Below are positions 13,261 to 25,854 of a stretch of 64,000 bases of DNA, one piece after another. The position numbers and the translations under genes are program-made. The notes under the pieces are model-generated. The model was not told where the DNA came from. It did no database searches and saw only the letters and a program-made list of their open reading frames with translations. The stretch lies in the NCBI GenBank assembly GCA_030704615.1, contig CM060731.1, forward strand, positions 65,844,001 to 65,908,000, written 5' to 3'. The stretch is from Takakia lepidozioides. Taxonomy: Eukaryota > Plantae > Bryophyta. The first letter of the stretch is position 1. Each line of letters begins with the position of its first letter.

Positions 13261-13292
<32 letters not shown>

Positions 13293-13934
13293 GAGGAGGT
13301 GCAAAAATCAAAATACCGAATATAAACAGATCCGGCGGAGGCTAGGGGTTGAGATAACCGGCGGGCTTTGAGAACCGGCGAGCAAGTTTGGTTTTTTATT
13401 TATTGGTATCCAGTCATGGCCTTAAAAAAGGACCCGGTTATCAATAAATAGTGTCAGCATATACCCTTGCTAAGATTAATGTGACACCAATCTGGTAACT
13501 AAGATGTCCATTATTGATCATCTGGATGATCCAGTTTCAAGGGCTAACCATCTTGCATGGCTGGTCAATCCCTGCTTGCCATTTATTTAAGCTTTTTTTA
13601 AATACTTTCATCATTTCAATATATATAAATTTTTATTTTATAAAAAGTTCATTTACATGACAATATAACCGTTTTAAGGACCGCCGGTTATCTACCGGTT
13701 ATGAAGTATAGTGAACTTCCAGAACCGGTTCAAAAAACCGCCTGTGCAAAGGTTTTTTATAACCGGAATTGAACTTAACCGGGTTTTTTGAAAACTTTAA
13801 AGAACCGCCTCCGGCAGGTTATTTAATTTTTTCTTTTGTCCATTTAACCACCTCCGGAGGTTCTAAAGAAGGGGCAATTGGCAAAGAACCTGCACCGGAG
13901 GAGCTCACGAAAACCTGATAACCGCCCAACACTG
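13204..13934. mobile_element. Non-autonomous hAT element (731 bp)
   Basis: 17-bp TIR CAGTGTTGGGCGGTTAT/ATAACCGCCCAACACTG. 8-bp TSD GTTTGTAC/ATTTGTAC. Many AACCGG subterminal motifs and a (TA)n tract. Confidence 0.9.
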
Positions 13935-14829
13935 ATTTGTACCTTGTTTGTAATCGTCATGGAAGAAAATGTCCTTGACAACGTCAATCAACCTAAAATG
14001 TGTCTGGCGGTTGTTTTCGAGAGCGCTGGTGAAGGTGATAGATGAACGCCCTTTCAAAAACATTAGAGGGTATTAGACACACCTGATTTTTGAGCTCCGT
14101 GCTACCGTATAATGCGGTACATTTTCTTTGTCCTCTTCTAAGGTAGATGAACCTAATTCAAACCACTTTCTAAAATGGACCCCTAGAAAGATACATAAAA
14201 CCAACCAGCTGCAAACTCTAAAAGGCGCTTTCATTATGAGTGGTCCAGACTATGTCTCTGGGCCAGAATGGTAATTGTAGTAAACCCTATTAACTCAAAG
14301 ATGATCATATTGACAGCACTTAGTGGATAGATTAGTAATTACTGAGTGTCCATATTTCATATATTACTGCACAGTTAGAGAGAAGTACTTGAGAAGTCAT
14401 ATTTGGGAACGCCTCCGAGCAATTAAGATGTTAAGGATCACATGTCACGATCACATTTGAGTTCCATCTTGTTCAGTTTTAGGAAGCCAACGATTAGTTT
14501 TTACACTCCACTCGAGTAGTTTTAAGCAACTCGTGGTCAACACATTTAGAGTACAGATTAGTTAGTAAAGGGATTAAGAGCCTACACTTTAAGGATATCA
14601 GGCCGTCACTGTTCGGTTGACCTTTAATCCAAATTAATACCCTCTACTGGCCCAGAATGGGTATTTTATGTATTTTCACTTGGAATATTTACCAATAGTA
14701 AAGATTTTGTCATTTGTTTTTTGTTTTTTTGGCAATAATTCTTATTTACATTTGCCAGCGTTAAAAAAAATATCAATACCAAAGGTGCATCTCTCAATTC
14801 TGTTGTGTTTCTTAAATGAGCCGGAATAG

Positions 14830-15330
14830 GTTTATTTACCTTATGTCTTGCGCTGTCACGTTGTGACCAAAAAACTTGAAATGTGGCTGACCAAGATCCT
14901 TTAGACAGTACCCTAACATACCCTTCCCCCTATGTAGGCGGACCTGCCGTAGTTTTTTGCACATGACACTGTGTCCCGCCAGTGGGCACAGATCCCATCC
15001 TAGATAAACTCTTATAAGTTTGTTCACTTGGATAATGCTCATAGTTACAATTGTAATGACCATCTAAAAATGCAGGTGACATGGTACCGCCGCGTTCCAC
15101 CACGAAAAAACCCGGCAAGACATTTTTCTTGGCAAACTTTTTTAACAATTCAAAGAGGTCAAGCTGCACGTCGGAACCTCCGACACCTACAGTACAGGAG
15201 ACCTCAAATAGTTTTGATGCACTTTTCTCCTTCGGTGGAAGTTTCTTCAAGTGGGCCCCTTCCTCTCTTTTTGCAGGGTTCTGCTTCTGCTTTCATTGCC
15301 TCTGCTTGCCTACAGGGTCCTCGCGTACCG
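14830..15330 (-). pseudogene. Replitron HUH endonuclease/transposase relic
   Basis: FEVSCTVGVGGSDV...VERGGTM/(frameshift)HLHF*(CAG>TAG)MVI...VYLGW...CKKL...LH..KGMLGYCLKD.GQPHF...HNV. HUH motif plus a single catalytic Tyr motif (GYCxKD), as in Replitron transposases. Confidence 0.8.
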
Positions 15331-15839
15331 TCTGGTACACTCCCTGCCTCTGGTACAGCCTCCCCTATGCTCTGGTGCACTGCTCGTCGTATAGCATGCC
15401 CTCCCCAGCCTATGCCACAATGTTAAGCGACTAGAGGCAGGTACGTTCTAGGGGACCCGCTCACTCTAGAACGTTCTGCACTCTAGAACATTCGAGAAGT
15501 ATGTTCCCATATTACGGCACGTGGCACCCATGTGGGGCCCATGCCATTTACCACATAGTCTAGAATGCAGGCTGCCGTATCTTTTTGGATAGCCTCTTAC
15601 TCTTAAGTGTCCGTTGGGCTTTCGCCGATTTGATTTTTTGGACGTTTGGGATTTTTTGAGAAATAAGAAATCATAGTAATTTTGCAAAGCACGTGGTCCC
15701 GGGTTCTACTCGCAATCTATTATTCCTTTTCCAGTAGTAGTTGGAACCTGTCAACTTTTTCTGACGCTTGTGAGTGACAAAACACATTAGCTAGCAATTT
15801 TTTTTTTTTTAATATATTGTAGCTAACATGTTGTTTGGT

Positions 15840-16631
15840 AAGAGCATGCCCAACAATGGCTTACTTACATATATTAATGAGGCGTATGGTGAGGCACGCA
15901 AAGCAGATAGAATGTGGGCCGGCAAGAGCCCCAGCAGCAACCCCCCATAACCCACCATATCCATAGTACAGTAATGGCGGTAGGCTGAAGTGACTGTGGC
16001 CCCGCTGCCTGCCCCACCATTTGTCACAATGTGTGAGGCTGAATGGTAGGTAGCGGGGGAGAATGCCACACACCAAACGGCCGGAAGATAGGGCGGGAGT
16101 GGGACGAAACTTGGTGAGGCTCCTCATTTTGAAGCGCCACACACCAAACGGCCGGAAGATAGCGTGGGAGTGGGACGAAACTTGGTGAGGCTCCTCATTT
16201 TGAAGCGCCACACACCAAACGGCCGGAAGATAGCACGGGAGTGGAACGAAACTTGGTGAGGGGAGCATGCCCAGCATACATTCTATCTGGCACGCTATCT
16301 GTAAAATAGCACGGCCGCCAAGATCGCGCGTCCCCAACAGCACATTCTGGCGCTTCAAAATGATGAGCCTCACCAAGTTCGGTCCCACTCCCGTGCTATC
16401 TACAACGCGTTTGGAATGTGGCATTCTCCCGCACGCTATCATGATCCGCTCTCATCAGCCTCACAAGTAATGACGAGTGGCGCAGCCCACGATCACCTCA
16501 TCATTACTCCCATTTGGTTATGGTGGGTTGCTGCTGAAGCTCTTGCGCCATCTAGCTTGCCTGCCTCACCAGCCTCCGTACTTAAGTGATGGCACGGCAG
16601 TGTAGTGAGCTCTGCTGCTGGGCATACTCTA
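15840..16631. repeat. Imperfect ~800-bp foldback containing ~2.7 tandem 71-bp units
   Basis: Units start at 16066, 16137 and 16208. An inverted unit lies at ~16349-16430. Outer arms AGAGCATGCCC...GCAAGAGC..CAGCAGCAACCC match the reverse complement of 16520-16630. Confidence 0.75.
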
Positions 16632-16699
16632 AGTCTTTCCGCCACCCCACTCAATGATGCGAGTGAAGACCATTTGTGACATGATCTTGGTTGGTGGGA

Positions 16700-16822
16700 T
16701 AATGTACCACTGTTAGGTTTGGGTCAATCTTGCCATCAACGTTGGGAAGTTGACATGGCACACAATTACGCACATGGTCCTTCCAAGTCATGCCATCCCG
16801 ACCCTCCAAAATCAAGACTCTT
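16700..16822 (-). mobile_element. Fragment of the integrase-PHD linker of the methyltransferase-gypsy family
   Basis: VLILEGRDGMTWKDHVRNCVPCQLPNVDGKIDPNL aligns with 19020-19137. Confidence 0.75.
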
Positions 16823-17809
16823 TAGTGCACCTTTAGGAAAATAATTTTAATTTAGGACAACATCTTTAGGGAAATAGTTTTAAGTTTTCACTTTTAAAAT
16901 TTATAACAGATTCCTTTAGTGAAGAAGTAGAGAGATGGGACTCCATTTTGTCCTTCCGTAGTTGGTGTAATTATAGACTAAGGAAAAAGTCCAATTGTAT
17001 ATTAATGACGTGGTGGCCCTATTGCCCAACAAATCTCATTACGATGAGGTCCATAAAATTCAGATCCCACCAAAGTAATATAGGAAATGGAGAGCCCGTA
17101 GAGAGCTATAGCCATCATTTGCATGTACGCTCCCGCCCCTTGACGAATAGGGGTGCACCGGTTTGGTCTCATGTTTTTTGGACCTGTAGTGTGGGAGATG
17201 TCAAATTTTAAGTACTTTTAGTCGTTGGAAATTTGTGAAAAATTGCAAAGTTGGCTTTCCTGGGACAATGATTGGGTATATCTACATATGAAGCCTTGAC
17301 CCATGCCGGGGCCCGTGGTTTGGGAGATCTCAATGACACAAAACAAAACAAACAAGTCGCAAACCGCGAGAGGCTCTGTCCATTGAAGCAACAATATTGA
17401 CAAGTTGCCACGTGGTTTATACTTAAGAGCTTTTGTAGACCAATCATACTCTTGACACGGTGTAAGGTCTGTTGACCACATTTTCTCCGTTGATTTCAAC
17501 ATGATGCAAAGTCTCTTCCTTGAAGGGACAGAACCAACAAACTACCTTGCTTCATATATTGATTGCATATACAAAAGTATTAATATAAATTTCTAACTAT
17601 TCCACCAAATTCCAATCTTTAGGATGCCAGCTAGTGCCAAGTTTTTGTTTCTCGGCAAGACAGAAGGCCACGTCGACAAGCTCTGGCTAAACCCTAATAT
17701 ATTTTAGCCAAAAATTCATATTATTTTTAGCCAAATAACTATATCGTTAATAGTTGAATTATTGAAGGGGAAGAAGAGGTAAATCTCAAAGGGTGCCATA
17801 TGGCCTCAA

Positions 17810-18397
17810 CAGTCAACCATGACCAAGAAGAAAAACCCTAACATATTTTTTACATTTATTCTACTGATCCCTTAGAGCGAATGTAAGGATCTCTTAAATT
17901 GGAAAAATAAAATAAACTAAATTTCTATTTGCGTTCATTGTAAGGATCCCTTATAGCATTCTAAGCCGCTCTAAGGATTTCATAGAGCGGGAAAACAAAT
18001 CGGTCAACCATGACGAAGAAAACTTAACATATTTTTTACATTTATTCTATCGATCCCTTAATGTCCTTAGAGCCAATGTAAGGATTTGTTAGATTGGGAA
18101 AATAGAACAAGCTAAATTGTTAATTATGTTCAGTCTAAGGATCCCTTAGAGCCGCTCTAAGCCACTCTAAGGATTTCATACAGCGGGAAAACAGAAAAAA
18201 CTAAATTGCTATTTATATTCGCTCTAAAGATCCTTTAGAGCCGCTCTAGGGGTTTTTTAGAGTGGAAAAACAAAAAAAACTGATTTGCTATTTACATTTG
18301 ATCTAAGTATTAGTTGGAGTAAGAAAATAAGAAATATATAAATTGCTATTTACATTCGCTATGAGGATCCCTTAGAGCTGCTCTAAGCCGTTCTAGG
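17810..18397 (+). repeat. Palindromic-core tandem array 1, left part (continues at 27284-27570 after the retroelement)
   Basis: ~70-85-bp units TAAATTGCTATT...TAAGGATCCCTTAGAGCCGCTCTAAGG...GCGGGAAAAC. One unit is split by the insertion at the TAGG TSD. Confidence 0.8.
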
Positions 18398-18846
18398 TGT
18401 CGTACGCATACATATCAACTACATCGCTGTCCAAAACCACATAACACATGTGCACACCAAACACTAGTCTATCACTAGTCCACCACTAGTGCACCACTAG
18501 GCTGCCACTAGACAACCACTAGTCACCACTAGTGCAGCCACTAGTCCACCACTAGTGCAGCCACTAGTCCACCACTAGGCTGCCAGTACTAGTCCATCAC
18601 TATCGCCCCCCCTAGCTGACGCTTAGGTCCCTCTAAGTCCAGGTAGCCACAAGATGTGATAGTGGCCATAGCCTCACTAAGTCCTCCTACACTGTCCCTA
18701 CTACACTCAACTCGATAGATCAAGAGGCCGGGTACAAAAGTTGCCCTATCGTTAGTCGTCGTCTTGCAACCTATGAACTTGAGCCTGAGATCTCGGGTAT
18801 TGACTCCTATGAGCTTGGCCTCCCATGTCTTGTTAGCTGTCACTAG

Positions 18847-19010
18847 TCATATCCACTGCCAATGTCCCAAGCAGTGTGGACATAACCAATCTCCATCATG
18901 AACCCTCTCAAGAGGTGGTGTCAAGCATCCCATGTGCCAACCTCTTGAGCATCGATCACATACCAGCATAGTGGCGGCACCACGAGCATATTCACATAGC
19001 ATGCAATGCA
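18847..19010 (-). pseudogene. PHD finger at the C-terminus of the integrase
   Basis: CMLC...MLVCDRCSRGWHMGCLTPPL...GDWLCPHC is a C4-H-C3 PHD. Confidence 0.9.
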
Positions 19011-20950
19011 ATCCTGCAGGTACTACTGCAAGGTTGGGATCTATCCTCTCATCCACATGTGGAAGGTGACATGGCGCACAATTACGCACATTGTCCTTCC
19101 ATACCATGCCATCTCGACCCTCCAGAATCAACACTCATGAAGGCAACGCCTCCCTGACCCTTAGAATCATATGTCATGCTGTGACATCCAAGGTCGTAGG
19201 CGCTATCTGCTGCAGATACACATAGTCCCCAGGGTGGAAACGCCAAACACCTGGCCGATATCCCCTTCCACGTATAGTGACATACCTCAATGTATCTCGG
19301 TGTTGGGCAATAGCAAGGTTCTCAAAAGCCATAGGCATGACCTTCTTGAACAACTCTGCCCGCTGGGCACATGCTTATGTTCACACATCCGGATCATTAA
19401 GGTTGAGGACTACTGCAGCCTCCCTGCGAATAGATGCAGGCAAATCCGGCTCTCGGCCAAATAGAATGAAATATGGTGAGAATGAGGCAAGTGATGCTTG
19501 TTTGCTAAACCTGTCACTACAACAGATCGCGGTAGTTATGACTGCCAAACCGTGGTAGTCATGGTTTTATTGACTTTGACCATGACTGCACCATGTTTTT
19601 ATATGAAATTGACCTCCCGTAATTGTTCATACGACTGTAGTACGACAATAGCCACGACTAGTCAACGACAATTGACCAGATTTAGCTCACCACTCATAGT
19701 CATTTCCATGACTACAGTGTATATGGATGAGGTTACATAGTCATGATAACTACTGGGGATTTTGTCATTTGGTGTGTATAATACAATTAAGACACCATAT
19801 GATCACATGAATGACTAATGGGTGTATTGGTTAGCAGATAGTGAATTATAACTCTTATAGCAAAGAGGTTGCAAGTTCAAACTTCTCAAAGTTCAAATAG
19901 ATAAGATGGACCTAGGATTAGTAGGCGAGCTAGAGCTAGCACCCTAGATGGGCTGCCACGTGGTTTTTCAATTATTATGAAATGCATTATGCCACGTGGC
20001 ACAATGCAGTGCGACGCGGCATCTGACATTTTTTTATTTTTTTTGAAAAAAAAATATTTTTATTTATTTTTATTTTTTAAATCAATTGCGCCTTGCCACG
20101 TGGCGCTGCAGCGGCGACTGCAGTATGGCATATATGACTGCAGTGAGAGATATCACTTGGTTCATCTGACTATAATCATCCGGACCGTACCATCATGTAC
20201 TCATTGTATTCACTTGGTTTGCACGACTTACAGTCATAGAAGTCATATGTACCATTTATGACAGCATAATAGTCATATATACAGTCATAAATACCGCGAT
20301 CTGTTATAGTGTGTAGTCCATGGCTAACCAAGGTACCTGAAGATCCCAGTCTCCTAGGTATTCCTTTTGCAAGCCATACTTACGCAAACCCCTCTTCACT
20401 GTTTGAACCACTCTCTCTGCCAAGCCATCGGCCTCAGGATGGTCCCGAGAAGTGGTACGGTGGTCTATCAAAGCTTTATCACACAAAGCCTGAAACTCTC
20501 CCAAAAACTCTCTCCTTTGGTCCGTGAGTACCTCAGCTGGAGCACCGAATCAGCTAAGGCGCACACAATCCAGGAATGCATACGCAGCCCCCTCACTAGC
20601 CTTGTCAGGCAATGGAACCAACTCAATCCACTTTGAGAAGTGCTCTACCATCACCAACACATATCTGTGGTGGCGCATCGTCAGTGTCAACGGCCCTGCG
20701 AAGTCAAGACTCCACCTGTAGCCCAATCCCATGATGGGTAATGGATGCAACTGTGGTGTAGGGGCGTTGAATGAAGCACGCAGCCTGTCACACACCATGC
20801 ACCTAGCCACGAACTGTTTACACCTCTGTGTGCATACCACGCCACCAATATTGCCCCTGTAGTAGACTATGAGTGCGTCGCACTCCAAAATGCCTCAACT
20901 TCTCATGAGCATGCCGCACTAATCGTGCACGCTGTGTTGGAAGAGGCACG
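19010..20950 (-). pseudogene. Gypsy integrase, interrupted by a CACTA element
   Basis: CMVCDR...RWSLDFAGPL...VEHFSKWIELVPL...DHPEADGLAERVVQTVKRGL...WLAMDY|RFSKQASLASFSPY. The frame rejoins on removing 19515-20311 and one TSD copy. Confidence 0.9.
19515..20311. mobile_element. Non-autonomous CACTA (En/Spm) element (797 bp)
   Basis: TIR CACTACAACAGATCGCGGTA / TACCGCGATCTGTTATAGTG. 3-bp TSD TGT. ATGACT/AGTCAT subterminal repeats. Confidence 0.92.
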
Positions 20951-21191
20951 ATCCTCACCCGACCATCCTCCCATACTCGAAGCAGGTATATCCCCTCCCA
21001 CTTGCAGTCACACTAGATGCCGTGTCTCCAATGCGGAGGTAGTCCAACACAACCGAATCCTCATGTATATCTCTGGCACCACCTGGCTCCTCACTAGCCT
21101 CAGGGTCCTCATACACTCCGTCTACAGTCATCCCTGTTGTAGATCCAACCTGACCTTCCGATGCCAAGATACACAAAAAGGCAGATGCATG

Positions 21192-22650
21192 TCATCTCGG
21201 CACCATCTCCTCGTCCGTCTCACCATGCCACCGAGCTCCAGTATCATCCTGCTGGCTCGTGCATGGATTGCGACTCAATCCATCCGCATCCCTATTGACC
21301 AAACCCGGTCGATGCACAACCTGAAAGTCGTACTCCTGGAGTATAAGTGCCCACCGTGGAAGCTTCTCCGTAAGCTTGTCTGACTCCATCAACCACTTGA
21401 GTGGCTGGTGATCCGTGACAAGGGTGAAGAGATTGTCGTATAGATAGCACCTAAAGTGTGCCACGGCCCACACTGCAGCTAAACACTCCCCCTCATATGA
21501 GCTATACTTAGACTCTGCACTGTTGTTCAAGCGGCTAGCATAAGCCACTACGAACTCTCTTCCCTCATCATCCATCTGTGTGAGCACCGCTCCAAGCCCC
21601 AGCATGTTCTAATCTGTATGCAGCTGAAAGGGTCGCCCCCTGATAGGTCGTCTCAAGATGGCGCCGAGGTCAACCTCACCTTGAGCTCCTGAAAATCTCG
21701 CTCTTGCTCATCTTCCCACTGTCACTCCTGGTCTACCTTGGTGAGCTTGGTTAGAGCCTTTGCAAAAACACTAAATCCCTTGACAAACCGTCTATAGTAG
21801 TTTGTCAACCCCATAAAAGCTCGAACTCGGCTCACATCCGTGGGGCGTGGAATTTGTGCAATGGCCTCTAATTTATCTGCTGCACCCCCAATCCTCCAGG
21901 ATATATCATGTGGCCCAGATACTCAATCTGGTTGTGGAAGAACTTGCACTTCCCCGGATGTAATTTCAATCCGTGCGCTCTTAAATGCTCAAACACCACC
22001 TGAAGATGTCTCTCGTGCTCCTCCACCGTAGCACTAAAGATGATGATGTCATCTATGTAGCACCGAGCAAAGTCTACCCCTGCTAGAATCCTGTCCATGA
22101 CTCTCTGGAACGTTGCAGGAGCGTTCTTAAGCCCGAATGCTAAGAACCGCCACTGATCCTTCCCGTGCTCAATTGATCCCCCAGAATGTCGTCTTCTGCT
22201 TGTCTACCTCCTTGATCGGCAACTGGTGATACCCGGACCGCAAGTCCAAAGTGCTAAAGACCTTGGCATGCCCAATGGCATCAAAGATCTCCTCCGATGT
22301 GGGCATGGCATACTTATCGGACTTGGTCTGACGATTTACAAGCTGGTAATCACCGCACATACGTCTTTTGGTCCAATTGCCATAGACATCCTTCTTGGTT
22401 GGCATCACCGCGGCTGAAGCATACTCTCCACCAGAGATCTCCACCAAACTAGCCTCCCAGAGATCTTGAGTCCTCATCTGAATCAAAGACCTCTCCATGT
22501 CACTGTATCTATAGGGTCTCCGAAAGATTGGCGTGTCCGTGGCCAACTCAATACGAATCCCCTGACCCTTCAGTGCTCCCGAATCCTTCAAACTGAAGGC
22601 AAAGCAATTCCTGTAAGCCCTCAGGAACCACCGTATACGTCATCTCTCTC
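21192..22650 (-). pseudogene. Gypsy reverse transcriptase and RNase H
   Basis: PIFRRPYRYS...RMCGDY...FSTLDLRSGYHQL...FGLKNAPATFQR..CYIDDIIIFS...KCKFF, then LGAVLTQ...VAYASR...YEGECLAAVWAV...TDHQPLKW. Confidence 0.93.
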
Positions 22651-23039
22651 CTCCAGTGACAATGGGTTCAATGTCAGGCTCCCAATTGTCCTCCGCAACT
22701 GCAGCAGACTTAGAGGTAGGAGACGTGTCCCGTGGTTGCTATGCCGCAACCTCATGAGCAGTACTCTCTGCCTGCTCAATCAATGACAAGGCCTCATCTT
22801 GCCCTATCATCTCATCCTTGAGGACCTCCTCAACCCAAGAAGAATCCCCAACCTCATCCATCACAGCCGCCTTGGCTGCCAACTCCCTCTGAACCTCGAG
22901 CACCTCCCACGTGTGTCATGGATGTCTACACCCCGTGGTCCTCACCGGCTCGCCCCCACTCACTGCATGTACCGTCTCGGTAGACAGAGAGACCATCAAG
23001 GGAAATGCACTCCGCACTCTACGTTGCTTAGCCATAGCC

Positions 23040-23752
23040 AAGCTGATAATCCAGGTCAAGCAATTGAGATCCATCGCTTGCCCCAACACCTGACGATATG
23101 ATGCCTCAGAAAAAGAAGGCACCGCCGTGGTCCCAGTGGACAAACCCATAGCCCGCTCTCACTCGTCAGCATTATTTTCCATTAACTGCTGCAACTGAGC
23201 ATCCCACAGGAGGCCAGATCCACTATCCCGGAAAGCATGCGATCATAGGAAGCTGAGCAGTGTAGGTAGTGTTGCTCGTGGTTGACCCACCTTGTTGACC
23301 ACTGCCAAAGGCGGACGGTCATCGTGTCTCACATGGTGAGACTGCCTCCATGTGTCCAAAATGCTATCCACTGTGAGGTATGCTGGCCGCTGCACCCCAT
23401 CAAATGCACGCTTGAGCAGTGCGGGTGGCATCAAGTTAGTCCACCATAACCGTGGACGACGAGCCCGTGACCCCAATGTAGCTGCATCCAGCAACACTGC
23501 TGACCCAAGCCACGACCGGACTTGATGCACACTGGCCATCACCCTGGCCCGAGAATCGCCCATCAGTGGCACATTCTCCAAGATGTATGCTGGAGATACA
23601 GCTTGATGAAGCTATAAGTGGCGCAAGACCCGCACCATCTCCCAAAACAAACCCGACCTCGAGTCTCGCAATCCAATGTCATGCCCGGCTGATGAATGCC
23701 CTTGGCAGGGCCAACCTGCCACTACCAAATCAATGGAACCAACCCACTCCAT
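23040..23752 (-). pseudogene. C5 cytosine DNA methyltransferase domain (motifs IV-X) inside pol
   Basis: IDLVVAGWPCQGHSSAG (motif IV, catalytic PC), GLRDSRSGLFWEMVRVL, YILENVP (VI), DAATLGSRARRPRLWWTNL (VIII), ERAMG..TGTT...RQVLGQAMD (IX/X). Motifs I-III and the protease are lost by a deletion near 23752. Confidence 0.88.
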
Positions 23753-23759
23753 CCGTCCG

Positions 23760-24822
23760 TTGTTGGCCAACAAATGAAGGGAGAGACCCCTGCATCTAAG
23801 GTCCTCTCTGTCCTTCCCTGGGCTTCACCTGAGCCCCCTTGTTACCTTGAGCACGTTGAGGTAGTGGCTGGCTATGAGCTCCACTACCCCGTGGTGCCTC
23901 CTTAGCAAATCCCACCATGACCACTCGTTCCTCCACCATGTTGAGCTCTATCCGCTCTGCCAGCAAAAACACATTTGCTAAGGTGGGTTGGGCCACTGAG
24001 AGTTGCATCCCGCACCCTTCTCCTCAGCTCCTTGTCCAATATCCCGTACCAAAACTGGACTGCCTGAGCCTCCGTAACCCCTTGGGTTACATTAATCAAG
24101 CGCCTCATGCGAGTGAAAGCCTCCATCAAGCTCTCAGTAGGCTTCCTCTGGAACTCTTGCAAGCTCCTCAACTTCTCTGTCCTCACCCCTTGGTAGTTCC
24201 TTCTCAACTCTTCGAAGAACTCCACAACAGGGTTGAAGGCAGGCACCGCCACTGGTGCTGGTGCAGCAGTAGCTTGGGTGGACGTCGTAGCCTCTGTACC
24301 ACTAGTCCCACTGCTGCTCGTGGAAGCTGCCGGTATGGCTGCTGCCCTTGTACCTCTAGTGATGGAGACATAGTCGGGTGACCAGTACATCCTCCACTCC
24401 TCGATCTCAACATCGTGCCCCCGCCTAAACTCATGGTAATCATCCATGGGCGGCCCCTCAAGGTGCTGAAACACCCCCTTCCATGCCATGAAAAGTGTAA
24501 ACAGTTGTGGATTGCGCATTTGCTGCAAGTCACACCAACTATCAAACTCTTGAATGAAATCATCCAACTCAATGGTGCCCACCGCCCTAGAGTACCTTCG
24601 TGGCCCCTTGGTGGCTCCATACATCTCTTCCATTGTGTCCCACAACAATGGCAAAGAAACAACTTGCACCGCCGGTGTGAGTCCTCCTAATTCACAATCC
24701 GAATCAGAACCTTCTGTAGAAGACACAGGAGGTGAAGGTGGCCTAAACCGCACACCTCGTCTCGTATACCCGCTAGTATCGCTAGTGCTCGTACCGGCAC
24801 TTTCCCCAACAACTAGTGGCAC
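23760..24822 (-). pseudogene. Gag of the methyltransferase-gypsy element
   Basis: LDDFIQEFDSWCD...LQEFQRKPTESLMEAFTRMRRL...AVQFWYGILDKELRRRV is retrotransposon gag-like and directly upstream of pol. Confidence 0.75.
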
Positions 24823-25818
24823 CTCCGTGTTGACAAACTGACACTCAACCGGTCATAAACCTGTCTCTAACCCCCTCTCCACAAGGTAACCGGGTAGAGA
24901 ACCTGATGCGGCTTATGGTTTAGAATACTAGGTTCCTAACATAGCCAGCACTTGCACCTGCATCCACCGCAGGCACTCCCATGGTTGGCTGGTCATCACC
25001 TCCAACCTCACCACAGGAGAAACAAAGATGGTCTGACTGGTCATCAACCCAGCCTCACCATCGACAACATGCTCTAGGGTTGGATCGGCGATCAAACCCG
25101 AGTCAACCACCTATAAAATCAAGCGCCCACACAAAACTAGCATGGCGCACAATCAAGCATGCAGGTGTGGAGGGGATCCAAACACAAGAATGAAAACAAC
25201 AACTCCCCCACACCAAAAACAACTCCACAATGTCGCTCCTGCAACCCAGCCCAAACCTAGACTGACTCTTGCCTCCACCTACGGAAAGGTCTCGGTCTAC
25301 AGAGAAGGTGGAAAGCTACGAGGAAGCCTGCACGTAATTCCTTTGGACAAAATGTTGTTGGGGCCTATATGTACCTCTATTTGCTCCATTTCTGAACCTT
25401 CAGTGAACGGCGTGGTTTCCTGAGGTGGTTCCATTATGAGGAATGACTGGTGGACGTAAGGAGGCACTGGCTGACCCTATGGAGGCTTGCATGGGGCCAG
25501 GAGGCCAAGTTTCATGCTCGTGGAGGGCGGTTTGAGGAGTGTCTACAGGATGCTCTCGTGGTCATGCAAGTGAGAGAAGAGAGGAACAAAGAGGGTGTTG
25601 GGATGAGAGCGTGCTGGGGATAGACATTGCTTTAGTTTCCGGTCTTCCCCATAGTTAAGAATTGGGCTGAAAACCCGAAAAGATTACCTGCAGGGAAGTA
25701 ATCCCCTTTGTTAAAACGCAACAAGGAGGCAATTCCGACTTTTCTGCCGGATCAGCTAGCTCAGAACCGTTGTTCTTCAGAGCCCAGCCTCCCCATCAAG
25801 GTCCCACGAAACCAGTGA

Positions 25819-25854
<36 letters not shown>

